A stretch of 64,000 nt of DNA from Balanoglossus misakiensis (Eukaryota; Animalia; Hemichordata). Position 1 is the first letter of the stretch. Each line of letters starts with the position of its first letter. The position numbers were made by a program, and so were the translations under genes. The notes under the pieces are model-generated. The model did not search any database. It saw only the letters and a list, made by a program, of their open reading frames with translations, and had not been told where the DNA came from. Location of the stretch: positions 12,103,398 to 12,167,397 of the forward strand of contig CM082588.2 in assembly GCA_040954595.2 (NCBI GenBank), written 5' to 3'. This document shows positions 52,101-64,000 of this stretch, piece after piece.

Positions 52101-55100
52101 TTCAAAGAATGGTCACATAACGGGCCATGTTTTACTAAAAAGACTTATGTATAGTTTCAAGGCTTTGTTTGGAATAACGAATTCTCTCCAAGATTTAAGT
52201 TGAACAGTTACAGAATGAAAACAAATATTCAAATAGTTATGCTGGAATGTTGTAAGGGATAGTTTAATATTGCAAATAATTTAATTTCTTACATCATAAA
52301 TGATATTCAAAGAATGGTCACATAACGGGCCATGTTTTACTAAAAAGACTTATGTATAGTTTCAAGGTTTTGTTTTGGAATAACGAATTCTCTACAAGAT
52401 TTAAGTGGAATAGTCACAGAATGAAAACAAATATGGAAAGAGTTATGCTGGAATGTTGTAAGGGATAGATTAATATTGCAAATAATTTAATTTCTTACAT
52501 CATAAAATGAATTCAAAGAATGGTCACATAACGGGCCATGTTTTACTAAAAAGACTTATGTATAGTTTCAAGGCTTTGTTTGGAATAACGAATGCTCTCC
52601 AAGATTTAAGTTGAACAGTTACAGAATGAAAACAAATATTCAAATAGTTATGCTGGAATGTTGTAAGGGATAGTTTAATATTGCAAATAATTTAATTTCT
52701 TACATCATAAATGATATTCAAAGAATGGTCACATAACGGGCCATGTTTTACTAAAAAGACTTATGTATAGTTTCAAGGTTTTGTTTTGGAATAACGAATT
52801 CTCTACAAGATTTAAGTGGAATAGTCACAGAATGAAAACAAATATGGAAAGAGTTATGCTGGAATGTTGTAAGGGATAGATTAATATTGCAAATAATTTA
52901 ATTTCTTACATCATAAAATGAATTCAAAGAATGGTCACATAACAGGATATGTTTTACTAAAAAGACTTATGTATAGTTTCAAGGTTTTGTTTTGGAATAA
53001 CGAATTCTCTACAAGATTTAAGTGGAACAGTCACAGAATGAAAACAAATATGGAAAGAGTTATGCCGGAATGTTGTAAGGAATAGATTAATATTGCAAAT
53101 AATTTAATTTCTTACATCATAAATGGAATTCAAAGAAAGGTCACGTAACAGGATATGTATAGTTTCAAGCCTTTGTTTTGGAGTAACGAATTCTCTACAA
53201 GATTTAAGTGGAACAGTCACAGAATGAAAACAAATATGGAAAGAGTTATGCTGAAATGTTGTAAGGGATAGATTAATATTGCAAATTATTTAATTTCTTA
53301 CATCATAAATGGAATTCAAAGAATGCTCACATAACGGGCCATGTTTTACTAAAAAGACTTATGTATAGTTTCAAGGCTTTGTTTGGAATAAGGAATTCTC
53401 TCCAAGATTTAAGTTGAACAGTTACAGAATGAAAACAAATATTCAAATAGTTATGCTGGAATGTTGTAAGGGATAGTTTAATATTGCAAATAATTTAATT
53501 TCTTACATCATAAATGAAATTCAAAGAATGGTCAAATAACGGGCCATGTTTTACTAAAAAGAGTTAATATGTATAGTTTGAAGGCTTTGTTTTGGAATAA
53601 CGAATTCTCTACAAGATTTAAGTGGAACAGGCACAGAATGAAAACAAATATGGAAAGCTTTATGCCGGAATGTTGTAAGGGATAGATAATTATTGAAAAT
53701 AATTTAATATCTTACATCATAAATGGAAACCAAAGAAGGGTCACATAACGGGCCATGTTTTACAAAAAGACTTATGTATAGTTTCAAGGCTTTGTTTTGG
53801 AATAACGAATTCTCTACAAGATTTAAGTGGAATAGTCACAGAATGAAAACAAATATGGAAAGAGTTATGCTGGAATGTTGTAAGGGATGGATTAATATTG
53901 CAAATAATTTAATTTCTTACATCATAAAATGAATTCAAAGAATGGTCACATTACAGGATATGTTTTACTAAAAAGACTTATGTTATAGTTTCAAGGCTTT
54001 GTTTTGGAATAACGAAATCTCTACAAGATTTAAGTGGAACAGTCACAGAATGAAAACAAATATGGAAAGAGATATGTCGGATTGTTGTAAGGGATAGATT
54101 AATATTGCAAATAATTTAATTTCTTACATCATAAAATGAATTCAAAGAATGGTCACATAACGGGCCATGTTTTACTAAAAACACTTATGTATAGTTTCAA
54201 GGCTTTGTTTGGAATAACGAATTCTCTCCAAGATTTAAGTTGAACAGTTACAGAATGAAAACAAATATTCAAATAGTTATGCTGGAATGTTGTAAGGGAT
54301 AGTTTAATATTGCAAATAATTTAATTTCTTACATCATAAATGATATTCAAAGAATGGTCACATAACGGGCCATGTTTTACTAAAAAGACTTATGTATAGT
54401 TTCAAGGTTTTGTTTTGGAATAACGAATTCTCTACAAGATTTAAGTGGAATAGTCACAGAAAGAAAACAAATATGGAAAGAGTTATGCTGGAATGTTGTA
54501 AGGGATAGATTAATATTGCAAATAATTTAATTTCTTACATCATAAAATGAATTCAAAGAATGGTCATATAACAGGATATGTTTTACTAAAAAGACTTATG
54601 TATAGTTTCAAGGTTTTGTTTTGGAATAACGAATTCTCTACAAGATTTAAGTGGAACAGTCACAGAATGAAAACAAATATGGAAAGAGTTATGCCGGAAT
54701 GTTGTAAGGAATAGATTAATATTGCAAATAATTTAATTTCTTACATCATAAATGGAATTCAAAGAAAGGTCACGTAACAGGATATGTATAGTTTCAAGCC
54801 TTTGTTTTGGAGTAACGAATTCTCTACAAGATTTAAGTGGAACAGTCACAGAATGAAAACAAATATGGAAAGAGTTATGCTGAAATGTTGTAAGGGATAG
54901 ATTAATATTGCAAATTATTTAATTTCTTACATCATAAATGGAATTCAAAGAATGCTCACATAACGGGCCATGTTTTACTAAAAAGACTTATGTATAGTTT
55001 CAAGGCTTTGTTTGGAATAAGGAATTCTCTCCAAGATTTAAGTTGAACAGTTACAGAATGAAAACAAATATTCAAATAGTTATGCTGGAATGTTGTAAGG

Positions 55101-58100
55101 GATAGTTTAATATTGCAAATAATTTAATTTCTTACATCATAAATGAAATTCAAAGAATGGTCAAATAACGGGCCATGTTTTACTAAAAAGAGTTAATATG
55201 TATAGTTTGAAGGCTTTGTTTTGGAATAACGAATTCTCTACAAGATTTAAGTGGAACAGGCACAGAATGAAAACAAATATGGAAAGCTTTATGCCGGAAT
55301 GTTGTAAGGGATAGATAATTATTGAAAATAATTTAATATCTTACATCATAAATGGAAACCAAAGAAGGGTCACATAACGGGCCATGTTTTACAAAAAGAC
55401 TTATGTATAGTTTCAAGGCTTTGTTTTGGAATAACGAATTCTCTACAAGATTTAAGTGGAATAGTCACAGAATGAAAACAAATATGGAAAGAGTTATGCT
55501 GGAATGTTGTAAGGGATGGATTAATATTGCAAATAATTTAATTTCTTACATCATAAAATGAATTCAAAGAATGGTCACATAACAGGATATGTTTTACTAA
55601 AAAGACTTATGTTATAGTTTCAAGGCTTTGTTTTGGAATAACGAATTCTCTACAAGATTTAAGTGGAACAGTCACAGAATGAAAACAAATATGGAAAGAG
55701 ATATGTCGGATTGTTGTAAGGGATAGATTAATATTTCAAATAATTTAATTTCTTACATCATAAATGGAATTCAAAGAAAGGTCACGTAACAGGATATGTA
55801 TAGTTACAAGCCTTTGTTTTGGAGTAACGAATTCTCTACAAGATTTAAGTGGAACAGTCACAGAATGAAAACAAATATGGAAAGAGTTATGCTGAAATGT
55901 TGTAAGGGATAGATTAATATTGCATAAAATTTAATTTCTTACATCATAAATGGAATTCAAAGAATGGTCACGTAACTGGATATGTTTTACTAAAAAGACT
56001 TATGTATAAGTTCAAGAATTTGTGTTGAAATACCAAATTCTCTACAAGATTTAAGTGGAACAGTCATAGAATGAAAACAAATATGGAAAGAGATATGTCG
56101 GATTGTTGTAAGGGATAGATTAATATTGCAAATAATTTAATTTCTTACATCATAAATGAAATTCAAAGAATGGTCACATAACGGGCCATGTTTTACTAAA
56201 AAGACTTATGTATAGTTTCAAGGCTTTGTTTTGGAATAACGAATTCTCTCCAAGATTTAAGTTGAACAGTTACAGAATGAAAACAAATATTCAAATAGTT
56301 ATGCTGAAATGTTGTAAGGGATAGTTTAATATTGCAAATAATTTAATTTCTTACATCATAAATGAAATTCAAAGAATGGTCAAATAACGGGCCATGTTTT
56401 ACTAAAAAGACTTAATATGTATAATTTCAAGCCTTTGTTTTGGAGTAACGAATTCTCTACAAGATTAAAGTGGAACAGTCACAGAATGAAAACAAATATG
56501 GAAAGAGTTATGCTGGAATGTTGAAAGGATAGATTAATATTGCATAAAATTTAATTTCTTACATCATAAATGGAATTCAAAGAATGGTCACATAACGGGC
56601 CATGTTTTACTAAAAAGACTTATGTATAGTTTCAAGGCTTTGTTTGGAATAACGAATTCTCTCCAAGATTTAAGTTGAACAGTTACAGAATGAAAACAAA
56701 TATTCAAATAGTTATGCTGGAATGTTGTAAGGGATAGTTTAATATTGCAAATAATTTAATTTCTTACATCATAAATGATATTCAAAGAATGGTCACATAA
56801 CGGGCCATGTTTTACTAAAAAGACTTATGTATAGTTTCAAGGTTTTGTTTTGGAATAACGAATTCTCTACAAGATTTAAGTGGAATAGTCACAGAATGAA
56901 AACAAATATGGAAAGAGTTATGCTGGAATGTTGTAAGGGATAGATTAATATTGCAAATAATTTAATTTCTTACATCATAAAATGAATTCAAAGAATGGTC
57001 ACATAACGGGCCATGTTTTACTAAAAAGACTTATGTATAGTTTCAAGGCTTTGTTTGGAATAACGAATTCTCTCCAAGATTTAAGTTGAACAGTTACAGA
57101 ATGAAAACAAATATTCAAATAGTTATGCTGGAATGTTGTAAGGGATAGTTTAATATTGCAAATAATTTAATTTCTTACATCATAAATGATATTCAAAGAA
57201 TGGTCACATAACGGGCCATGTTTTACTAAAAAGACTTATGTATAGTTTCAAGGTTTTGTTTTGGAATAACGAATTCTCTACAAGATTTAAGTGGAATAGT
57301 CACAGAATGAAAACAAATATGGAAAGAGTTATGCTGGAATGTTGTAAGGGATAGATTAATATTGCAAATAATTTAATTTCTTACATCATAAAATGAATTC
57401 AAAGAATGGTCACATAACAGGATATGTTTTACTAAAAAGACTTATGTATAGTTTCAAGGTTTTGTTTTGGAATAACGAATTCTCTACAAGATTTAAGTGG
57501 AACAGTCACAGAATGAAAACAAATATGGAAAGAGTTATGCCGGAATGTTGTAAGGAATAGATTAATATTGCAAATAATTTAATTTCTTACATCATAAATG
57601 GAATTCAAAGAAAGGTCACGTAACAGGATATGTATAGTTTCAAGCCTTTGTTTTGGAGTAACGAATTCTCTACAAGATTTAAGTGGAACAGTCACAGAAT
57701 GAAAACAAATATGGAAAGAGTTATGCTGAAATGTTGTAAGGGATAGATCAATATTGCAAATTATTTAATTTCTTACATCATAAATGGAATTCAAAGAATG
57801 CTCACATAACGGGCCATGTTTTACTAAAAAGACTTATGTATAGTTTCAAGGCTTTGTTTGGAATAAGGAATTCTCTCCAAGATTTAAGTTGAACAGTTAC
57901 AGAATGAAAACAAATATTCAAATAGTTATGCTGGAATGTTGTAAGGGATAGTTTAATATTGCAAATAATTTAATTTCTTACATCATAAATGAAATTCAAA
58001 GAATGGTCACATAACGGGCCATGTTTTACTAAAAAGACTTATGTATAGTTTCAAGGTTTTGTTTTGGAATAACGAATTCTCTACAAGATTTAAGTGGAAT

Positions 58101-61100
58101 AGTCACAGAATGAAAACAAATATGGAAAGAGTTATGCTAGAATGTTGTAAGGGATAGATTAATATTGCAAATAATTTAATTTCTTACATCATAAATGGAA
58201 ACCAAAGAATGGTCACATAACGGGCCATGTTTTACAAAAAGACTTATGTATAGTTTCAAGGCTTTGTTTTGGAATAACGAATTCTCTACAAGATTTAAGT
58301 GGAATAGTCACATAATGAAAACAAATATGGAAAGAGTTATGCTGGAATGTTGTAAGGGATAGATTAATATTGCAAATAATTTAATTTCTTACATCATAAA
58401 ATGAATTCAAAGAATGGTCACATAACAGGATATGTTTTACGAAAAAGACTTATGTTATAGTTTCAAGGCTTTGTTTTGGAATAACGAATTCTCTACAAGA
58501 TTTAAGTGGAACAGTCACAGAATAAAAAGAAATATGGAAAGAGTTATGCTGAAATGTTGTAAGGGATAGATTAATATTGCATAAAATTTAATTTCTTACA
58601 TCATAAATGGAATTCAAAGAATGGTCACATAACGGGCCATGTTTTACTAAAAAGACTTATGTATAGTTTCAAGGCTTTGTTTGGAATAACGAATTCTCTC
58701 CAAGATTTAAGTTGAACAGTTACAGAATGAAAACAAATATTCAAATAGTTATGCTGGAATGTTGTAAGGGATAGTTTAATATTGCAAATAATTTAATTTC
58801 TTACATCATAAATGAAATTCAAAGAATGGTCACATAACGGGCCATGTTTTACTAAAAAGACTTATGTATAGTTTCAAGGTTTTGTTTTGGAATAACGGAT
58901 TCTCTACAAGATTTAAGTGGAATAGTCACAGAATGAAAACAAATATGGAAAGAGTTATGCTGGAATGTTGTAAGGGATAGATTAATATTGCAAATAATTC
59001 AATTTCTTACATCATAAAATGAATTCAAAGAATGGTCACATGACAGGATATGTTTTACTAAAAAGACTTATGTTATAGTTTCAAGGCTTTGTTTTGGAAT
59101 AACGAATTCTCTACAAGATTTAAGTGGAACAGTCACAGAATGAAAACAAATATGGAAAGAGTTATGCCTGAATGTTGTAAGGAATAGATTAATATTGCAA
59201 ATAATTTAATTTCTTACATCATAAATGGAATTCAAAGAAAGGTCACGTAACAGGATATGTATAGTTTCAAGCCTTTGTTTTGGAGTAACGAATTCTCTAC
59301 AAGATTTAAGTGGAACAGTCACAGAATGAAAACAAATATGGAAAGAGTTATGCTGAAATGTTGTAAGGGATAGATTAATATTGCATAAAATTTAATTTCT
59401 TACATCATAAATTGAATTCAAAGAATGGTCACATAACTGGATATGTTTTACTAAAAAGACGTATGTATAGGTTCAAGAATTTGTGTTGAAATACCAAATT
59501 CTCTACAAGATTTAAGTGGAACAGTCACAGAATGAAAACAAATATGGAAAGAGATATGTCGGAATGTTGTTAGGGATAGATTAATATTGCAAATAATTTA
59601 ATTTCTTACATCATAAATGGAATTCAAAGAATGGTCACATAACAGGCCATGTTTTACTAAAAAGACTTATGTATAGTTTCAAGCCTTTGTTTTGGAATCA
59701 CGAATTCTCTCCAAGATTTAAGTTGAACAGTTACAGAATGAAAACAAATATTCAAATAGTTATGCTGAAATGTTGTAAGGGATAGTTTAATATTGCAAAT
59801 AATTTAATTTCTTACATCATAAATGAAATTCAAAGAATGGTCAAATAACGGGCCATGTTTTACTAAAAAGACTTAATATGTATAGTTTGAAGGCTTTGTT
59901 TTGGAATAACGAATTCTATACAAGATTTAAGTGGAATAGTCAAAGAATGAAAACAAATATGGAAAGAGTTATGCTGGAATGTTGTAAGGGATAGATTAAT
60001 ATTGCAAATAATTTAATTTCTTACATCATAAAATGAATTCAAAGAATGGAAACATAACAGGATATGTTTTACGAAAAAGACTTATGTTATAGTTTCAAGG
60101 CTTTGTTTTGGAATAATGAATTATCTACAAGATTTAAGTGGAACAGTCACAGAATGAAAACAAATATGGAAAGAGTTGTGCCGGAATGTTGTAAGGAATA
60201 GATTAATATTGCAAATAATTTAATTTCTTACATCATAAATGGAATTCAAAGAAAGGTCACGTAACAGGATATGTATAATTTCAAGCCTTTGTTTTGGATT
60301 AACGAATTCTCTACAAGATTTAAGTGGAACAGTCACAGAATGAAAACAAATATGGAAAGAGTTATGCTGAAATGTTGTAAGGGATAGATTAATATTGCAT
60401 ACAATTTAATTTCTTACATCATAAATGGAATTCAAATAATGGTCACATAACAGGATATGTTTTACTAAAAAGACTTATGTATAGGTTCAAGAATTTGTGT
60501 TGAAATACCAAATTCTCTACAAGATTTAAGTGGAACAGTCACAGAATGAAAACAAATATAGAAAGAGTTATGCCTGAATGTTGTAAGGGATAGATTAATA
60601 TTGCAAATAATTAAATTTCTTATATCATAAATGGAATTCAAAGAATGGTCACATAACGGGCCATGTTTTAGTAAAAAGACTTATGTATAGTTTCAAGGCT
60701 TTGTTTTGGAATAACGAATTCTCTCCAAGATTTAAGTTGAACAGTTACAGAATGAAAACAAATATTCAAATAGTTATGTTGGAATGTTGTAAGGGATAGT
60801 TTAATATTGCAAATAATTTAATTTCTTACATCATAAATGAAATTCAAAGAATGGTCAAATAACGGGCCCTGTTTTACTAAAAAGACTTAATATGTATAGT
60901 TTGAAGGCTTTGTTTTGGAATAACGAATTCTCTACAAGATTTAAGTGGAACAGTCACAGAATGAAAACAAATATGGAAAGAGTTATGTCGGAATGTTGTA
61001 AGGGATAGATTAATATTGCAAATAATTTAATTTCTTACATCATAAATGGAATTCAAAGAAACGTCACGTAACAGGATATGTATAGTTTCAAGGCTTTGTT

Positions 61101-64000
61101 TTGGAATAACGAATTCTCTACAAGATTTAAGTGGAACAGTCACAGAATGAAAACAAATATGGAAATAGTTATGCTGGAATGTTGTAAGGGATAGATTAAT
61201 ATTGCAAAAAATTTAATTTCTTACATCATAAATGGAATTCAAAGAAAGGTCACGTAACATGATATGTATAGTTTTTAAGCCTTTGTTTTGGAGTAACGAA
61301 TTCTCTACAAGATTTAAGTGGAACAGTCACAGAATGAAAACAAATATGGAAAGAGTTATGCTGAAATGTTGTAAGGGATAGATTAACATTGCATAAAATT
61401 TAATTTCTTACATCATAAATGGAATTCAAAGAATGGTCACATAACTGGATATGTTTTACTAAAAAGACTTATGTATAGGTTCAAGAATTTATGTTGAAAT
61501 ACCAAATTCTCTACAAGATTTAAGTGGAACAGTCACGGAATGAAAACAAATATAGAAAGAGTTATGCCGGAATGTTGTAAGGGATAGATTAATATTGCAA
61601 ATAATTTAATTTCTTATATCATAAATGGAATTCAAAGAATGGTCACATAACGGGCCATGTTTTAGTAAAAAGACTTATGTATAGTTTCAAGGCTTTGTTT
61701 TTGGAATAACGAATTCTCTACAAGATTTAAGTTGAACAGTTACAGAATGAAAACAAATATGGAAAGAGTTATGCTGGAATGTTATAAGGGATAGATTAAT
61801 ATTGCAAATAATTTAATTTCTTACATCATAAAATATATTCAAAGAATGGTCACATAACAGGATATGTTTTACTAAAAAGACTTATGTTATAGTTTCAAGG
61901 CTTTGTTTTGGAATAACGAATTCTCTCCAAGATTTAAGTTGAACAGTTACAGAATGAAAACAAATATTCAAATAGTTATGCCAGAATGTTGTAAGGGATA
62001 GATTAATATTGCAAATAATTTAATTTCTTACATCATAAATGGAATTCAAAGAAACGTCACGTAACAGGATATGTATAGTTTCAAGGCTTTGTTTTGGAAT
62101 AACGAATTCTCTACAAGATTTAAGTGGAACAGTCACAGAATGAAAACAAATATGGAAAGAGTTATGTCGGAATGTTGTAAGGGATAGATTAATATTGCAA
62201 ATAATTTAATTTCTTACATCATAAATGGAATTCAAAGAATGGTCACATAAGGGCCATGTTTTACTAAAAAGACTTATGTATAGTTTCAAGGCTTTGTTTT
62301 GGAATAACGAATTCTCTCCAAGATTTAAGTTGAACAGTTACAGAATGAAAACAAATATTCAAATAGTTATGCCAGAATGTTGTAAGGGATAGATTAATAT
62401 TGCAAATAATTTAATTTCTTACATCATAAATGGAATTCAAAGAATGGTCACATAACGGGCCATGTTTTACAAAAAGACTTTTGTATAGTTTCAAGGCTTT
62501 GTTTTGGAATAACGAATTCTCTACAGGATTTAAGTGGAACAGTCACAGAATGAAAACAAATATGGAAAGAGTTATGCTGGAATGTTGTAAGGGATAGATT
62601 AATATTGCAAATAATTTAATTTCTTACATCATAAAATGAATTCAAAGAATGGTCACATAACAGGATATGTTTTACTAAAAAGACTTATGTAAAGTTACAA
62701 GGCTTTGTTTTGGAATAACGAATTCACTACAAGATTTAAGTGGAACAGTCACAGAATGAAAACAAATATGGAAAGAGTTATGCTGGAATGTTATAAGGGA
62801 TAGATTAATATTGCAAATAAGTTAATTTCTTACATCATAAAATAAATTCAAAGAATGGTCACATAACAGAATATGTTTTACTAAAAAGACTTATGTTATA
62901 GTTTCAAGGCTTTGTTTTGGAATAAAGAATTCTCTCCAAGATTTAAGTTGAACAGTTACAGAATGAAAACAAATATTCAAATAGTTATGCCAGAATGTTG
63001 TAAGGGATAGATTAATATTGCAAATAATTTAATTTCTTACATCATAAATGGAATTCGAAGAAACGTCACGTAACAGGATATGTATAGTTTCAAGGCTTTG
63101 TTTTGGAATAACGAATTCTCTACAAGATTTAAGTGGAACAGTCACAGAATGAAAACAAATATGGAAAGAGTTATGTCGGAATGTTGTAAGGGATAGATTA
63201 ATATTGCAAATAATTTAATTTCTTACATCATAAATGGAATTCAAAGAATGGTCACATAACGGGCCATGTTTTACAAAAAGACTTTTGTATAGTTTCAAGG
63301 CTTTGTTTTGGAATAACGAATTCTCTCCAAGATTTAAGTGGAACAGTCACAGAATGAAAACAAATATGGAAAGAGTTATGCTGGAATGTTATAAGGGATA
63401 GATTAATATTGCAAATAATTTAATTTCTTACATCATAAAATAAATTCAAAGAATGGTCACATAACAGGATATGTTTTACTAAAAAGACTTATGTTATAGT
63501 TTCAAGGCTTTGTTTTGGAATAACGAATTCTCTCCAAGATTTAAGTTGAACAGTTACAGAATGAAAACAAATATTCAAATAGTTATGCCAGAATGTTGTA
63601 AGGGATAGATTAATATTGCAAATAATTTAATTTCTTACATCATAAATGGAATTCAAAGAAACGTCACGTAACAGGATATGTATAGTTTCAAGGCTTTGTT
63701 TTGGAATAACGAATTCTCTACAAGATTTAAGTGGAACAGTCACAGAATGAAAACAAATATGGAAAGAGTTATGTCGGAATGTTGTAAGGGATAGATTAAT
63801 ATTGCAAATAATTTAATTTCTTACATCATAAATGGAATTCAAAGAATGGTCACATAAGGGCCATGTTTTACTAAAAAGACTTATGTATAGTTTCAAGGCT
63901 TTGTTTTGGAATAACGAATTCTCTCCAAGATTTAAGTTGAACAGTTACAGAATGAAAACAAATATTCAAATAGTTATGCCAGAATGTTGTAAGGGATAGA
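34161..64000. repeat. Satellite DNA array, right arm; mostly ~205-209-bp monomers with interspersed 186-bp monomers; runs off window end
   Basis: Same monomer and orientation as the left arm, e.g. GAATTC at 34532 to GAATTC at 34738 = 206 bp. Confidence 0.98.
41945..54160. repeat. ~5.9-6.3-kb tandem segmental duplication within the satellite
   Basis: Private variants ATATTCATAT (42051/47951), GGACAGAG (42261/48161) and CCGTCACAGA (42651/48551) are offset by 5900. ORFs 44769/51083 and 47409/53723 are offset by 6314. Boundaries approximate. Confidence 0.85.

Noticed and set aside
44769-55561. Five copies of the METKEGSH ORF
   Set aside because: A satellite monomer variant propagated by duplication; useful only as a marker.

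Overview
Eukaryotic (probably marine invertebrate animal, by inference) heterochromatic DNA with no credible protein-coding gene. Bases 1-5860 are a TE graveyard: a decayed non-LTR retrotransposon RT on the minus strand, a double-hairpin Crypton-like element, an IS3EU-like MITE and PIF/Harbinger-type MITEs. From 5861 to the end is an AT-rich satellite array of 186-bp and ~206-bp monomers with layered higher-order duplications. It is interrupted at 22432-34160 by an 11.7-kb insertion, the most striking structure here. The insertion is a 'Russian doll' of eight non-autonomous Helentron/DINE-1-like (HINE) elements. Each appears inserted in the same orientation into the GAAA microsatellite of the previous one, leaving eight bodies in a row and their eight ~55-bp terminal hairpin caps stacked in reverse order at 33736-34160. 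All long ORFs in the track are by-products of repeats. Family names come from structural recall, not database searches.
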